DNA of 64,000 nt from Candidatus Omnitrophota bacterium (GTDB taxonomy: Bacteria; Omnitrophota; Gorgyraeia; Ghiorseimicrobiales; Ghiorseimicrobiaceae), in assembly GCA_030681595.1 (NCBI GenBank), contig JAUXSB010000012.1, positions 9,377 to 73,376 on the forward strand, written 5' to 3'. Positions 46,291 to 54,608 of the stretch are shown piece after piece (the stretch's first letter is position 1; each line of letters starts with the position of its first letter). A model generated the notes under the pieces. That model made no database searches and had not been told where the DNA came from. It was given only the letters and a program-made list of their open reading frames with translations. A program made the position numbers and the translations under genes.

Positions 46291-47452
46291 TTTTTATAAT
46301 CTCTTCTTCCGTTGGTACCCCTCCGCCGGCACGGCCGAGAAATTCTACCTTTGCCTTCCCATTAACCGCTAATCTTACATCTTCCACCATCTGGCCATAA
46401 GACATTTCAACTACTAAGAAATATTTCACTCTGCCTAATCTGTGTTTTAAAATCTGTGTAATCTGTGTTTCGGGAAATGGCCAAAGCGTGATCGGCCGAA
46501 TTAATCCGACTTTTATATTTTTTGCCTTTAGGGTTTTAATCGCTCCTTTGGCAATACGCGCCATTATGCCGTAAGCAACAATAATTATCTCTGCCTCATC
46601 GATACCAACACTTTCACACCTCTGTTCATCCGCTAAAATCTGCTTATATTTTCCCTGCAAGTGCTGATTAAGTTTTTCCGTATCTCCTAGGCACATCCGA
46701 AACGAAGCAACAAGATTAGGCAATCTATCCTTACAGCCAGTCACCGCCCATTTTTTTTCAGAAGTCAGACAACAGATGCCAGATAACAGATTTTTTCTGT
46801 CTTCTGGTATGACAATTGGCTCCATCATCTGACCTGACATCCCGTCGGATAAAATCATTACCGGATTACGGTATTTATCAGCTAAATCAAAGGCAAACAT
46901 GGTCAAATCAAACGCCTCCTGCGCGCTAGATGGCGCAAGCACAATATTATGATAATCGCCGTGTCCGCCGCCTTTTACCGCTTGAAAATAATCTGACTGC
47001 GCCGGCCAGATATTGCCTAATCCCGGGCCCGCACGCATAACATTTACAATTACAGCGGGCAGTTCCGCTCCGGCAATATAAGAAATACCTTCCTGTTTAA
47101 GGCTGATACCCGGGCTTGACGAGGAAGTCATTGCGCGCGCGCCCGCGGCAGAGGCTCCCATTACCATGCTTATCGCGGCCAACTCCGATTCTGACTGGAT
47201 AAATACCCCGCCTATACCAGGCATTCTTTTTGCCATATATGCCGGTATTTCATTCTGCGGCGTAATGGGGTATCCCGCATAAAAACGGCACCCTGCCTGT
47301 ACTGCCGCCTCGGCAATTGCTTCATTACCTGAAATTAATATCTTCTGGTTTCTGGTTTTCCCGAATGCAGTTACTTTGTAAGATGATCTTCGGGATCCTG
47401 ATGTTTCTCTGTGTAGTATTTCTACTTTTGGGACTAGTTTCTGGTTTCTCAT
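46262..47452 (-). CDS. 2-oxoacid:ferredoxin oxidoreductase, alpha subunit
   Basis: GNEAIAEAAVQAGCRFYAGYPITPQNEI. The C-terminal EVISDKL is encoded by the Rep-D element. Confidence 0.85.
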   Translation of the reverse strand: MRNQKLVPKVEILHRETSGSRRSSYKVTAFGKTRNQKILISGNEAIAEAAVQAGCRFYAGYPITPQNEIPAYMAKRMPGIGGVFIQSESELAAISMVMGASAAGARAMTSSSSPGISLKQEGISYIAGAELPAVIVNVMRAGPGLGNIWPAQSDYFQAVKGGGHGDYHNIVLAPSSAQEAFDLTMFAFDLADKYRNPVMILSDGMSGQMMEPIVIPEDRKNLLSGICCLTSEKKWAVTGCKDRLPNLVASFRMCLGDTEKLNQHLQGKYKQILADEQRCESVGIDEAEIIIVAYGIMARIAKGAIKTLKAKNIKVGLIRPITLWPFPETQITQILKHRLGRVKYFLVVEMSYGQMVEDVRLAVNGKAKVEFLGRAGGGVPTEEEIIKRLEVISDKL

Positions 47453-47649
47453 TTATACACTTCTATTGCCGCATCCGGGCAAATAATAGCGCAAAATTTA
47501 CACCCGCTGCAATCGCCTCCTAAAAATACAACGGGCTGTATTCCTTTTTTATTCAGGTTTTTATCCGGCCTTATCTGCCCCTTAGGGCAATAAAGGATAC
47601 AAAGCTGGCAGCCCTTGCAACGCTCTTTGTCTATGGTTATTTTAGGCAT
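47449..47649 (-). CDS. 2-oxoacid:ferredoxin oxidoreductase, delta subunit (ferredoxin with two 4Fe-4S clusters)
   Basis: CKGCQLCILYCP and CSGCKFCAIICP. Confidence 0.85.
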   Translation of the reverse strand: MPKITIDKERCKGCQLCILYCPKGQIRPDKNLNKKGIQPVVFLGGDCSGCKFCAIICPDAAIEVYK

Positions 47650-47654
47650 ATTCT

Positions 47655-47740
47655 TTCGCTACATTCAGGAGTTATAAATTAGAAGTGATAAGTTATAATT
47701 TTACTTCTCACTTATAACTTGTAACTCATAACTTCTCTTG
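47655..47740. repeat. Rep-D gene-junction element, copy 2; overlaps the dxs C-terminus (REVMSYKL and the stop) and abuts the delta-subunit start
   Basis: Aligned by eye. Confidence 0.7.
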
Positions 47741-49601
47741 CCGTATTAGCTATTCCCTCTTTGTCCAAACCGTATTTCGCTAAAATATCACGCCTTTTGC
47801 CCTGTTTAATAAACTCGCAGGGCAAGCCGATTTGTTTGATATATGTTTTGTTATTTAAAATTTCTTTTACCGCCGAGCCAAAGCCGCCTTCGGCTATACC
47901 TTCTTCAATAACGATTATTTTACCGAACCTCAAAGCGACATCCCGCAATAATTCTTTATCAAGAGGCTTTGCAAAACGCGCATTGACCACCTCAACATTA
48001 ATATCTTCTTTGCTTAAAATCTCCGCTGCTTCCAGGGCCGGATACACCATGCTGCCCAAAGCGATGATAGCCAAATCCTTTCCGCGTCTTAATACCTCTG
48101 CTCTACCCAATTCTATATTTCTGGTTTCTGGCCTGTGCCCGACAGGGTACAACTGGTTTCTGGCAACTGGCACTCTATCCTTGGGATACCTAATAGCGGT
48201 TGGCCCATTATGATTAAACGCAAACTCAAGCATTGCCTCAAATTCCTCGCCGTCTTTAGGCGCTAAAATTACCAAATCAGGAATTGTACGTAAATAACTG
48301 ATGTCAAAAATCCCCTGGTGGGTTGCTCCGTCTTCCCCAACGATGCCGGCGCGGTCAACAGCAAAAACTACAGGCAGATTTTGCAGGGAAACCTCTTCCA
48401 TGATTTGATCATAGGAGCGCTGTAAAAATGTTGAATATATAGCGACGACTGGCCTGAAAGCTCCTTGGGCAAGCCCTGCGGCAAACCCTACGGCGTGCTC
48501 TTCGGCAATCCCCACATCAAAAAATCTCTCCGGATAAAGGCTGGCAAATTTATCTAACCCTGTGCCCTGCGGCATAGCCGCGCTGATCGCCACAATTTTT
48601 TTATTGCGGCCGGCCAACTCTGCTATTTTTTTACTAAATATCTCCGTATAAGCTATCCCCTCTTGCGGCTTAACCGGCGCTCCCGTCGCCAAATCAAATT
48701 TACCGGTACCGTGAAAATTTTCCGGGTTGTCTTCAGCGGGCTTATAGCCTTTGCCCTTTTTTGTCACCACATGCAAAAGTATCGGCCCTTTAAAAACAAG
48801 CAGGTGTTTTAAAGTATTCACCAACAACTCTACATTATGTCCATCGATAGGGCCGAAGTACCTGAATCCCATCTCTTCAAATAAAATCCCGGGAACAAGA
48901 ATGTTTTTTAACCCTTCCTCGAATTTCTTGGCTAACCCCAAGAGCCGCTTGCCGCGTGGGACTCTTTTGGCCACAAAATCCTGTAAAGCATCGCGGAAAC
49001 GGTTGTATATAGGCAACGAAATTATTTTATTCAGGTAATTACTTAATGCCCCTACCGAAGGAGCAATGCTCATCTCATTTGTATTAAACACGACCAGCAA
49101 ATCTTTCTGCAGGTGGCCGGTGTTATTCAGCGCCTCAAGGCACATCCCTCCGGTTAAAGAGCCGTCTCCGATAACCGCAACAACTTTCTGCTTCTTTTCT
49201 GTTTTTGATAAATCCTGCGCGCAGGCAATGCCTAATGCTAAAGATAAAGCGGTTGAGGCGTGGCCAGTAGTAAAAACATCATAGCCGGATTCTGTCCGGG
49301 AAGGAAAACCTGAAACACCGCCTGCCTGCCTTAAGGTAGAAAAATTTTTTGCCCTGCCGGTAAGAATTTTATGCGCATAGGCTTGATGGCCGACATCCCA
49401 GATCAAAATGTCTTCCGGCGTATTCAGGCAGTAATGCAGGCTTACCGCCAGCTCTACTGCCCCTAAACTTGAAGCTAAATGCCCGCCGGTATTAGAAACC
49501 GTCTCTAGGATTAATTTCCTAATTTCGGCGCACAAAGGCGTAAGCGCAGCGATAGAAAGCGTTTTTAATTCTTTCGGGTTGTTTACTTTCTCAAGCAACA
49601 T
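47712..49601 (-). CDS. dxs: 1-deoxy-D-xylulose-5-phosphate synthase
   Basis: TGGHLASSLGAVELAVSLHY, the GDG TPP-binding motif, and a transketolase-like C-terminus. Confidence 0.95.
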   Translation of the reverse strand: MLLEKVNNPKELKTLSIAALTPLCAEIRKLILETVSNTGGHLASSLGAVELAVSLHYCLNTPEDILIWDVGHQAYAHKILTGRAKNFSTLRQAGGVSGFPSRTESGYDVFTTGHASTALSLALGIACAQDLSKTEKKQKVVAVIGDGSLTGGMCLEALNNTGHLQKDLLVVFNTNEMSIAPSVGALSNYLNKIISLPIYNRFRDALQDFVAKRVPRGKRLLGLAKKFEEGLKNILVPGILFEEMGFRYFGPIDGHNVELLVNTLKHLLVFKGPILLHVVTKKGKGYKPAEDNPENFHGTGKFDLATGAPVKPQEGIAYTEIFSKKIAELAGRNKKIVAISAAMPQGTGLDKFASLYPERFFDVGIAEEHAVGFAAGLAQGAFRPVVAIYSTFLQRSYDQIMEEVSLQNLPVVFAVDRAGIVGEDGATHQGIFDISYLRTIPDLVILAPKDGEEFEAMLEFAFNHNGPTAIRYPKDRVPVARNQLYPVGHRPETRNIELGRAEVLRRGKDLAIIALGSMVYPALEAAEILSKEDINVEVVNARFAKPLDKELLRDVALRFGKIIVIEEGIAEGGFGSAVKEILNNKTYIKQIGLPCEFIKQGKRRDILAKYGLDKEGIANTAREVMSYKL

Positions 49602-49885
49602 TATTTCGCATCCTTATCCAGCTCCACATCTTCAAATTCTTTGGCCTCAAACTGTGCTTGCCCGACTTCAGTGTGGCGGGTATTACCCAAAGAATTATCT
49701 TTCTTCATTAAAACCTCTACTTTGCGCTTGGCTGTCTCCAGCGTCTTAGAACAGATTAAAGAAAGCTTGATGCCTTCCTCATAGCGCTTTACCGCTTCTT
49801 CCAAAGTTAATTTTCCGCTTTCAAGCTCCGCGACTATCTTTTCTAAACGCTTTAGCGCATCCTCAAATTTTATGCTTTCCGCCAT
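49601..49885 (-). CDS. xseB: Exodeoxyribonuclease VII small subunit
   Basis: FEDALKRLEKIVAELESGKLTLEEAVKRYEEGIKLSLIC. Confidence 0.85.
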   Translation of the reverse strand: MAESIKFEDALKRLEKIVAELESGKLTLEEAVKRYEEGIKLSLICSKTLETAKRKVEVLMKKDNSLGNTRHTEVGQAQFEAKEFEDVELDKDAK

Positions 49886-50020
49886 TTTATCTCCTACTTA
49901 TAAAAATTTTCGTCTGCCCAGCCTGCGTCACATCTCGCAGGCGCGCTAAACAGCGCTCCTTATTCGTCGCGCCAGCGCCCTCAAATTTTATGCTTTCCGC
50001 CATTTCCCCTCCCTTTAGCC

Positions 50021-50100
50021 GGGAATTATAAATTAGAAATTATAAGTTGTGAATTTTACTTAAGTTATAACTCATAACTCCCAACTTATAACTTAATTTT
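50021..50100. repeat. Rep-D gene-junction element, copy 3, immediately 3' of the xseA stop
   Basis: Aligned by eye. Confidence 0.7.
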
Positions 50101-51397
50101 CTATTATACTCTCTACCGTGCTAACAAACTCACCCCTAGCTAATCTTGTCCTTACCTGCTCGCCCACCCGTAACTCGCCTGTATCTTTTATCACTGCCCC
50201 ATCTATCTTTGTAGAAAGGCTATAGCCCCGCGATAGAATTGCCAGCGGATTAAGCGCGTTCAGACGAAAGGTATAGGCGCGCGTTTTCTCCTGATTAGTT
50301 ATCAAAATATGGCTGATTTTTACGCTCAATATTTTTTCCGCGTGTTCTATTTGCTTTAACTTTTCTAAAACGATGGCGCGCGGGCTTAAAAGACGGATTC
50401 TGTTCTCTAAATTTTTAAACTTATGCCGGTTAATCTCCTGAAAATGCTTAAACTCTGAATGTAGATTTCCTTTTTCTTCGTCAAGTTTCTGCTGACAGTC
50501 TTCTAATTTTGACTCAAGATAATTACGGATAAAATTTAAATTATTTCTTATTTCGGAAACTATTTCTTCTTTATGTTTAACCACTATCTCGGCAGCAGCC
50601 GAAGGTGTCGCGGCGCGTAAGTCTGCGGTAAAGTCAGAAATCGTGTAATCCACTTCGTGCCCGACTGCCGAAATCACGGGAATTTTTGAGCTATAAATCG
50701 CGCGGGCAACTATTTCTTCATTAAAAGCCCAGAGGTCTTCAATGGAGCCTCCGCCGCGGCCGACAATTAAAACATCGACCCGCCCTCCGGCATCCCTATA
50801 TTCATTAAAATCATTTATTGCGTCTCTGATTTCTTCTTTAGCGCCTTCTCCTTGCACTTTAACCGGCCGGATTAAGACAGAAACAAACGGGGCTCTTCTT
50901 TTTAGAACCGTGAGAATATCTCTTAACGCCGCCCCCTGCGCTGAAGTGACTATCCCGATATTTAAAGGAAAAGCGGGGATTGGCTTTTTATGTCTTTCGT
51001 CAAAAAGCCCTTCTTTAAATAATTTTTCTTTTAGCTGCTCAAAGGCAAGCTGTAATTGGCCCAGCCCTTTAGGCTCAACTCGCTGCACGTATAGCTGATA
51101 TTGGCCTTGCGGGCCGTATACGCTTATCCTGCCAAAAGTTATGATACTTAAACCGTCTTTAAGGTTAAATTTTACTGATTTATTTGCATTATAAAAAAAG
51201 GCGCATTTCAACTGCGCATTGGCATCTTTTAAAGTAAAATAAATATGCCCGGCGCTGGATTTGGAAAAATTGGAAATCTCGCCCTCTACCCAGGCCTCGG
51301 CGAAATTATTTTCCAAAATTATTTTTATGTCGTAAGTAAGCTCGCTTACACTGAGGATTTTGCGTTTTTCAAATAAATCTTCTTTTAAAACAGGCAT
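50093..51397 (-). CDS. xseA: Exodeoxyribonuclease VII large subunit
   Basis: N-terminal OB fold SVSELTYDIKIILE...GEISNFSKSSAGHIYFTLKD, and a catalytic core. Confidence 0.9.
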   Translation of the reverse strand: MPVLKEDLFEKRKILSVSELTYDIKIILENNFAEAWVEGEISNFSKSSAGHIYFTLKDANAQLKCAFFYNANKSVKFNLKDGLSIITFGRISVYGPQGQYQLYVQRVEPKGLGQLQLAFEQLKEKLFKEGLFDERHKKPIPAFPLNIGIVTSAQGAALRDILTVLKRRAPFVSVLIRPVKVQGEGAKEEIRDAINDFNEYRDAGGRVDVLIVGRGGGSIEDLWAFNEEIVARAIYSSKIPVISAVGHEVDYTISDFTADLRAATPSAAAEIVVKHKEEIVSEIRNNLNFIRNYLESKLEDCQQKLDEEKGNLHSEFKHFQEINRHKFKNLENRIRLLSPRAIVLEKLKQIEHAEKILSVKISHILITNQEKTRAYTFRLNALNPLAILSRGYSLSTKIDGAVIKDTGELRVGEQVRTRLARGEFVSTVESIIEN

Positions 51398-52176
51398 TCT
51401 TTTATTCTTTTGATTGTCTTTGCCTTACCGGTATGATCGTCTATTTCCACAGCAACGCCCTGTAACTCCACGCCCGCGCTTGCCACTTCAAAACGCGTGG
51501 GCATACCGGTTAAAAATTTCTCAATCACCTGTTCTTTACGCCTGCCGATAACCGAATCGCACGGCCCGGCCATCCCTACGTCGCTAATATAAGCTGTCCC
51601 GCCGGGTAAAATCTTTTCATCCGCGGTCTGCACATGAGTATGGGTCCCTGCCACCAAAGAAACTTCACCATCTAAGAAAAACCCCAAGGCAATTTTCTCG
51701 CTTGTGGCCTCGGCATGGATATCAACAATGATTATACGGGTTTCCTTTCTGATTTTTTCCACCACTTCCTGCGCTGTGCGGAATGGGCAATCTATCGGGT
51801 GCATAAAAACCCTGCCTTGAAGGTTGAGCACGCCTATTTTTACGCCCTTTTTCTCGATAACACAATGGCCCTTTCCCAATGCCCGCGGAGATAAATTCGC
51901 CGGCCGCAATAGATAGGGATGGTCAATAATAGAAATTACTTCTTGGCGTTTAAAAATATGGTCGCCGCTAGTCAAAACATCAATACCGCAACCAAATAAT
52001 TCTTCGGCACATTTAGGATTAATCCCTGAACCACCGGCAACGTTCTCGGCGTTAGCCACCGTCAAATCTATTTTCTCCCGCTCAATGAGCTTAGGCAGAA
52101 GCGCTTTCACCGCTTCCCTGCCGGGCTTACCTACAATGTCACCGATGAATAGAATATTCATATTAAATGAGTGCAC
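51385..52176 (-). CDS. YmdB-like metallophosphoesterase (TIGR00282 family)
   Basis: ILFIGDIVGKPGR...ANAENVAGGSGI...DVLTSGDHIF. Sits downstream of rny, as in Bacillus. Confidence 0.85.
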   Translation of the reverse strand: MHSFNMNILFIGDIVGKPGREAVKALLPKLIEREKIDLTVANAENVAGGSGINPKCAEELFGCGIDVLTSGDHIFKRQEVISIIDHPYLLRPANLSPRALGKGHCVIEKKGVKIGVLNLQGRVFMHPIDCPFRTAQEVVEKIRKETRIIIVDIHAEATSEKIALGFFLDGEVSLVAGTHTHVQTADEKILPGGTAYISDVGMAGPCDSVIGRRKEQVIEKFLTGMPTRFEVASAGVELQGVAVEIDDHTGKAKTIKRIKECLF

Positions 52177-52328
52177 AATTTACGTCACTCTAGGAACTCC
52201 GTAAATTATTTGCACGAATTTAACCCCACACCCAGTTGCTTCGTAGTATCTCTTCGTAGTAGCTGGGTGTGGGGTAAGTTCAGCCAACAAACTTATGTCC
52301 GCTTACGCTCCATAAGTTTGGGCTTCAC

Positions 52329-53891
52329 TTACTTAGCGTAATCAATCGCGCGCATTTCCCGGATAACTGTAATCTTAACCTGCCCGGGATACTCCATTTC
52401 CTCTTCTATCTTTTTACGCAGGTCGTGGGCTAAATTTACGGCGTCATTATCCGAGAGTTTATCCGGCTGTACGATCACCCTTACTTCCCTGCCTGCTTGT
52501 ATAGCATAGGCCTTATCTACGCCTTTAAATAATGTCGCTATGGACTCTAATTTTTCCAGCCGCTTAACGTAAATCTCAAGTGTCTCACGCCGCGCTCCCG
52601 GCCGGGAAGCGCTGATGGCATCAGCAGCGATAGCCAATACCGCATAAGGGCTTTTTATTTCTGCTTCTTCGTGGTGCGCCTCAACCGCATCTGCTACTTC
52701 CTGGGACTCCCCGTATTTTCTTATCAGGCTTGCTCCGATTTTGGCATGCGTTCCTTCGGCCTGCTGAGTTAAAGCTTTACCTATATCATGCAAAAGCCCG
52801 ATACGGCGCGCTAATTTAAAATCCAGCCCTATTTCTGTAGCCATAAGCCCCATTAAAAAAGACGCTTCCTTGGAATGCTGCAGGGCATTCTGCCCATAGC
52901 TTGTCCGGTATTTCAAACGCCCCAGCAATTTAACCAATTCCGGATGCAGATTATGCGCATCCACGTCGAATGCGGCACGCTCTCCCTCCTCACGGATTTT
53001 TTCTTCCATTTGACGCTTTACCTTTTCTACCACCTCTTCAATTCTTCCCGGATGAATACGCCCATCGGAAATCAAACTCTCCAAGGCGATTCTGGCAATC
53101 TCGCGCCGGACGGGATCAAAACCGGAAAGCGTAACCGCCTCGGGAGTATCGTCAATAATTACATCTATTCCGGTTGCCATCTCTAAAGCCCGGATATTCC
53201 TTCCTTCCCTGCCGATAATGCGGCCCTTCATTTCATCAGAAGGAAGGTTTACCACCGACACAGTAGACTCCACTGTATGCTCTACCGCGCATCTTTGTAT
53301 AGCCGAAGTAACTACTTCCTGAGCTCTTTTTTCTGCCGACTGTTTAATCTCCTCGTCCATTTTTTTAATTAAAACGGCTTTTTCATTGGTCAGCTCCTGC
53401 TCTACGCGCATCAGAAGAAGGTTTTTTGCCTCTTCCTGTGAAAGCGAAGAAATTTTCTGTAACCTGTCTTTTTCTTCAAGCAGTAACGCCGAGAGCTCTT
53501 TATCTTTATGCTTTAAATTTTCTTCGTACCTACGCGCATTTTCCGAGCGCGCCTCAAGGTCTTTTTCTTTCCTTTCCAGCAATTCAAGGCGCCTGTCTAT
53601 ATTTGACTCCTTCTGCTCTAGGCGCCTCTCTAATACTGTCAACTCTTCCCGTTTGTCCTTATTTTCTTTATCAAAATCCTGCCGTAATTTATAAAGCGTA
53701 TCCTTGGCCTCTAAATCTATTTCACGCTTGCGGTTTTCCGCTTCTTTTTGCGCTAGCTCAATAATCTGCTTGGCAGTGAATTTTGCCGAATCTATTTTTT
53801 TCTCGTATAGAAATTTCCTTAAAGCAAACCCAAAAAAAACAAACCCTGTACCTAAAAACAAAAATAAAATTATGCTCAAGCCTATATTCAT
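52329..53891 (-). CDS. rny: Ribonuclease Y (transmembrane, coiled coil, KH and HD domains)
   Basis: KH: GRIIGREGRNIRALE. HD: LLHDIGKA... Confidence 0.9.
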   Translation of the reverse strand: MNIGLSIILFLFLGTGFVFFGFALRKFLYEKKIDSAKFTAKQIIELAQKEAENRKREIDLEAKDTLYKLRQDFDKENKDKREELTVLERRLEQKESNIDRRLELLERKEKDLEARSENARRYEENLKHKDKELSALLLEEKDRLQKISSLSQEEAKNLLLMRVEQELTNEKAVLIKKMDEEIKQSAEKRAQEVVTSAIQRCAVEHTVESTVSVVNLPSDEMKGRIIGREGRNIRALEMATGIDVIIDDTPEAVTLSGFDPVRREIARIALESLISDGRIHPGRIEEVVEKVKRQMEEKIREEGERAAFDVDAHNLHPELVKLLGRLKYRTSYGQNALQHSKEASFLMGLMATEIGLDFKLARRIGLLHDIGKALTQQAEGTHAKIGASLIRKYGESQEVADAVEAHHEEAEIKSPYAVLAIAADAISASRPGARRETLEIYVKRLEKLESIATLFKGVDKAYAIQAGREVRVIVQPDKLSDNDAVNLAHDLRKKIEEEMEYPGQVKITVIREMRAIDYAK

Positions 53892-54032
53892 TGCTTATAC
53901 CCCCACATTATTTCCGTAACTCGTAATGCGTAACTTGCCTACCTGCCTGTCGGCAGACAGGTAAAGCATAATTCAAAAACATAAATACAAAATTACTAGT
54001 TACGGGTTACTGACTTACTAGTTGCTAGATTA

Positions 54033-54608
54033 TTAGGCGCTGATTACTTGTTCAACCGGATAATCATGCGGGCTTTGCGGCAGGTCTTCGACGATTTGGC
54101 ATTTAAAGGCAAGGCCGACTGTACGGGTTTTTTCTCTTTTAGTCTCAAGAAGTCTGTCGTAATAGCCCTTACCGCGGCCCAGGCGTTTTCCGCCAGAGCT
54201 AAAGGCTACCCCCGGAACCACTATTAAATCTATTTTCTCTATGGAAACGGGCCTGAGATACTCGGCCTTTGGTTGTTTTATGCCGTAAGGGCCGATTTCC
54301 AATTCCGAGTCAACTCCTGAAACCAAAGATATGGCCATCTTGCGATTATTGTCTTTAAGTCTCGGTACTGCGACCTTCTTGCCTAATTTAATTGCCTCTT
54401 TTATCATATTTAAAGTGTCTACCTCGAAGCCACATGATATATAAAACATTATTACTTGCGCCTGTTTAAAAGCAGAAAGGCTAAAAAGCTTCTTTCGTAT
54501 CTTTCTGCTTCTTTCTGTTCTCTCTTCCTCCTTTTGTGTTTTTAACTTAAGTAGCATTTTGCGGCGTAGCTCTTGTTTTGCCTGTACTAACTTCTGGTCG
54601 TTACCCAT
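54033..54608 (-). CDS. 5-formyltetrahydrofolate cyclo-ligase
   Basis: VAVPRL...GVAFSSGGKRLGRGKGYYDRLL. Confidence 0.8.
   Translation of the reverse strand: MGNDQKLVQAKQELRRKMLLKLKTQKEEERTERSRKIRKKLFSLSAFKQAQVIMFYISCGFEVDTLNMIKEAIKLGKKVAVPRLKDNNRKMAISLVSGVDSELEIGPYGIKQPKAEYLRPVSIEKIDLIVVPGVAFSSGGKRLGRGKGYYDRLLETKREKTRTVGLAFKCQIVEDLPQSPHDYPVEQVISA

Noticed and set aside
52190-52328. A 14-bp inverted repeat CCCCACACCCAGTTGCT...AGCTGGGTGTGGGG downstream of rny.
   Set aside because: Most simply an intrinsic terminator or RNA-stability hairpin between rny and ymdB. Nothing unusual beyond that.
53930-53970. A hairpin CCTGCCTGTCGGCAGACAGG downstream of the formyl-THF cyclo-ligase gene.
   Set aside because: An ordinary terminator-like stem-loop with no repeat-family relatives in the window.
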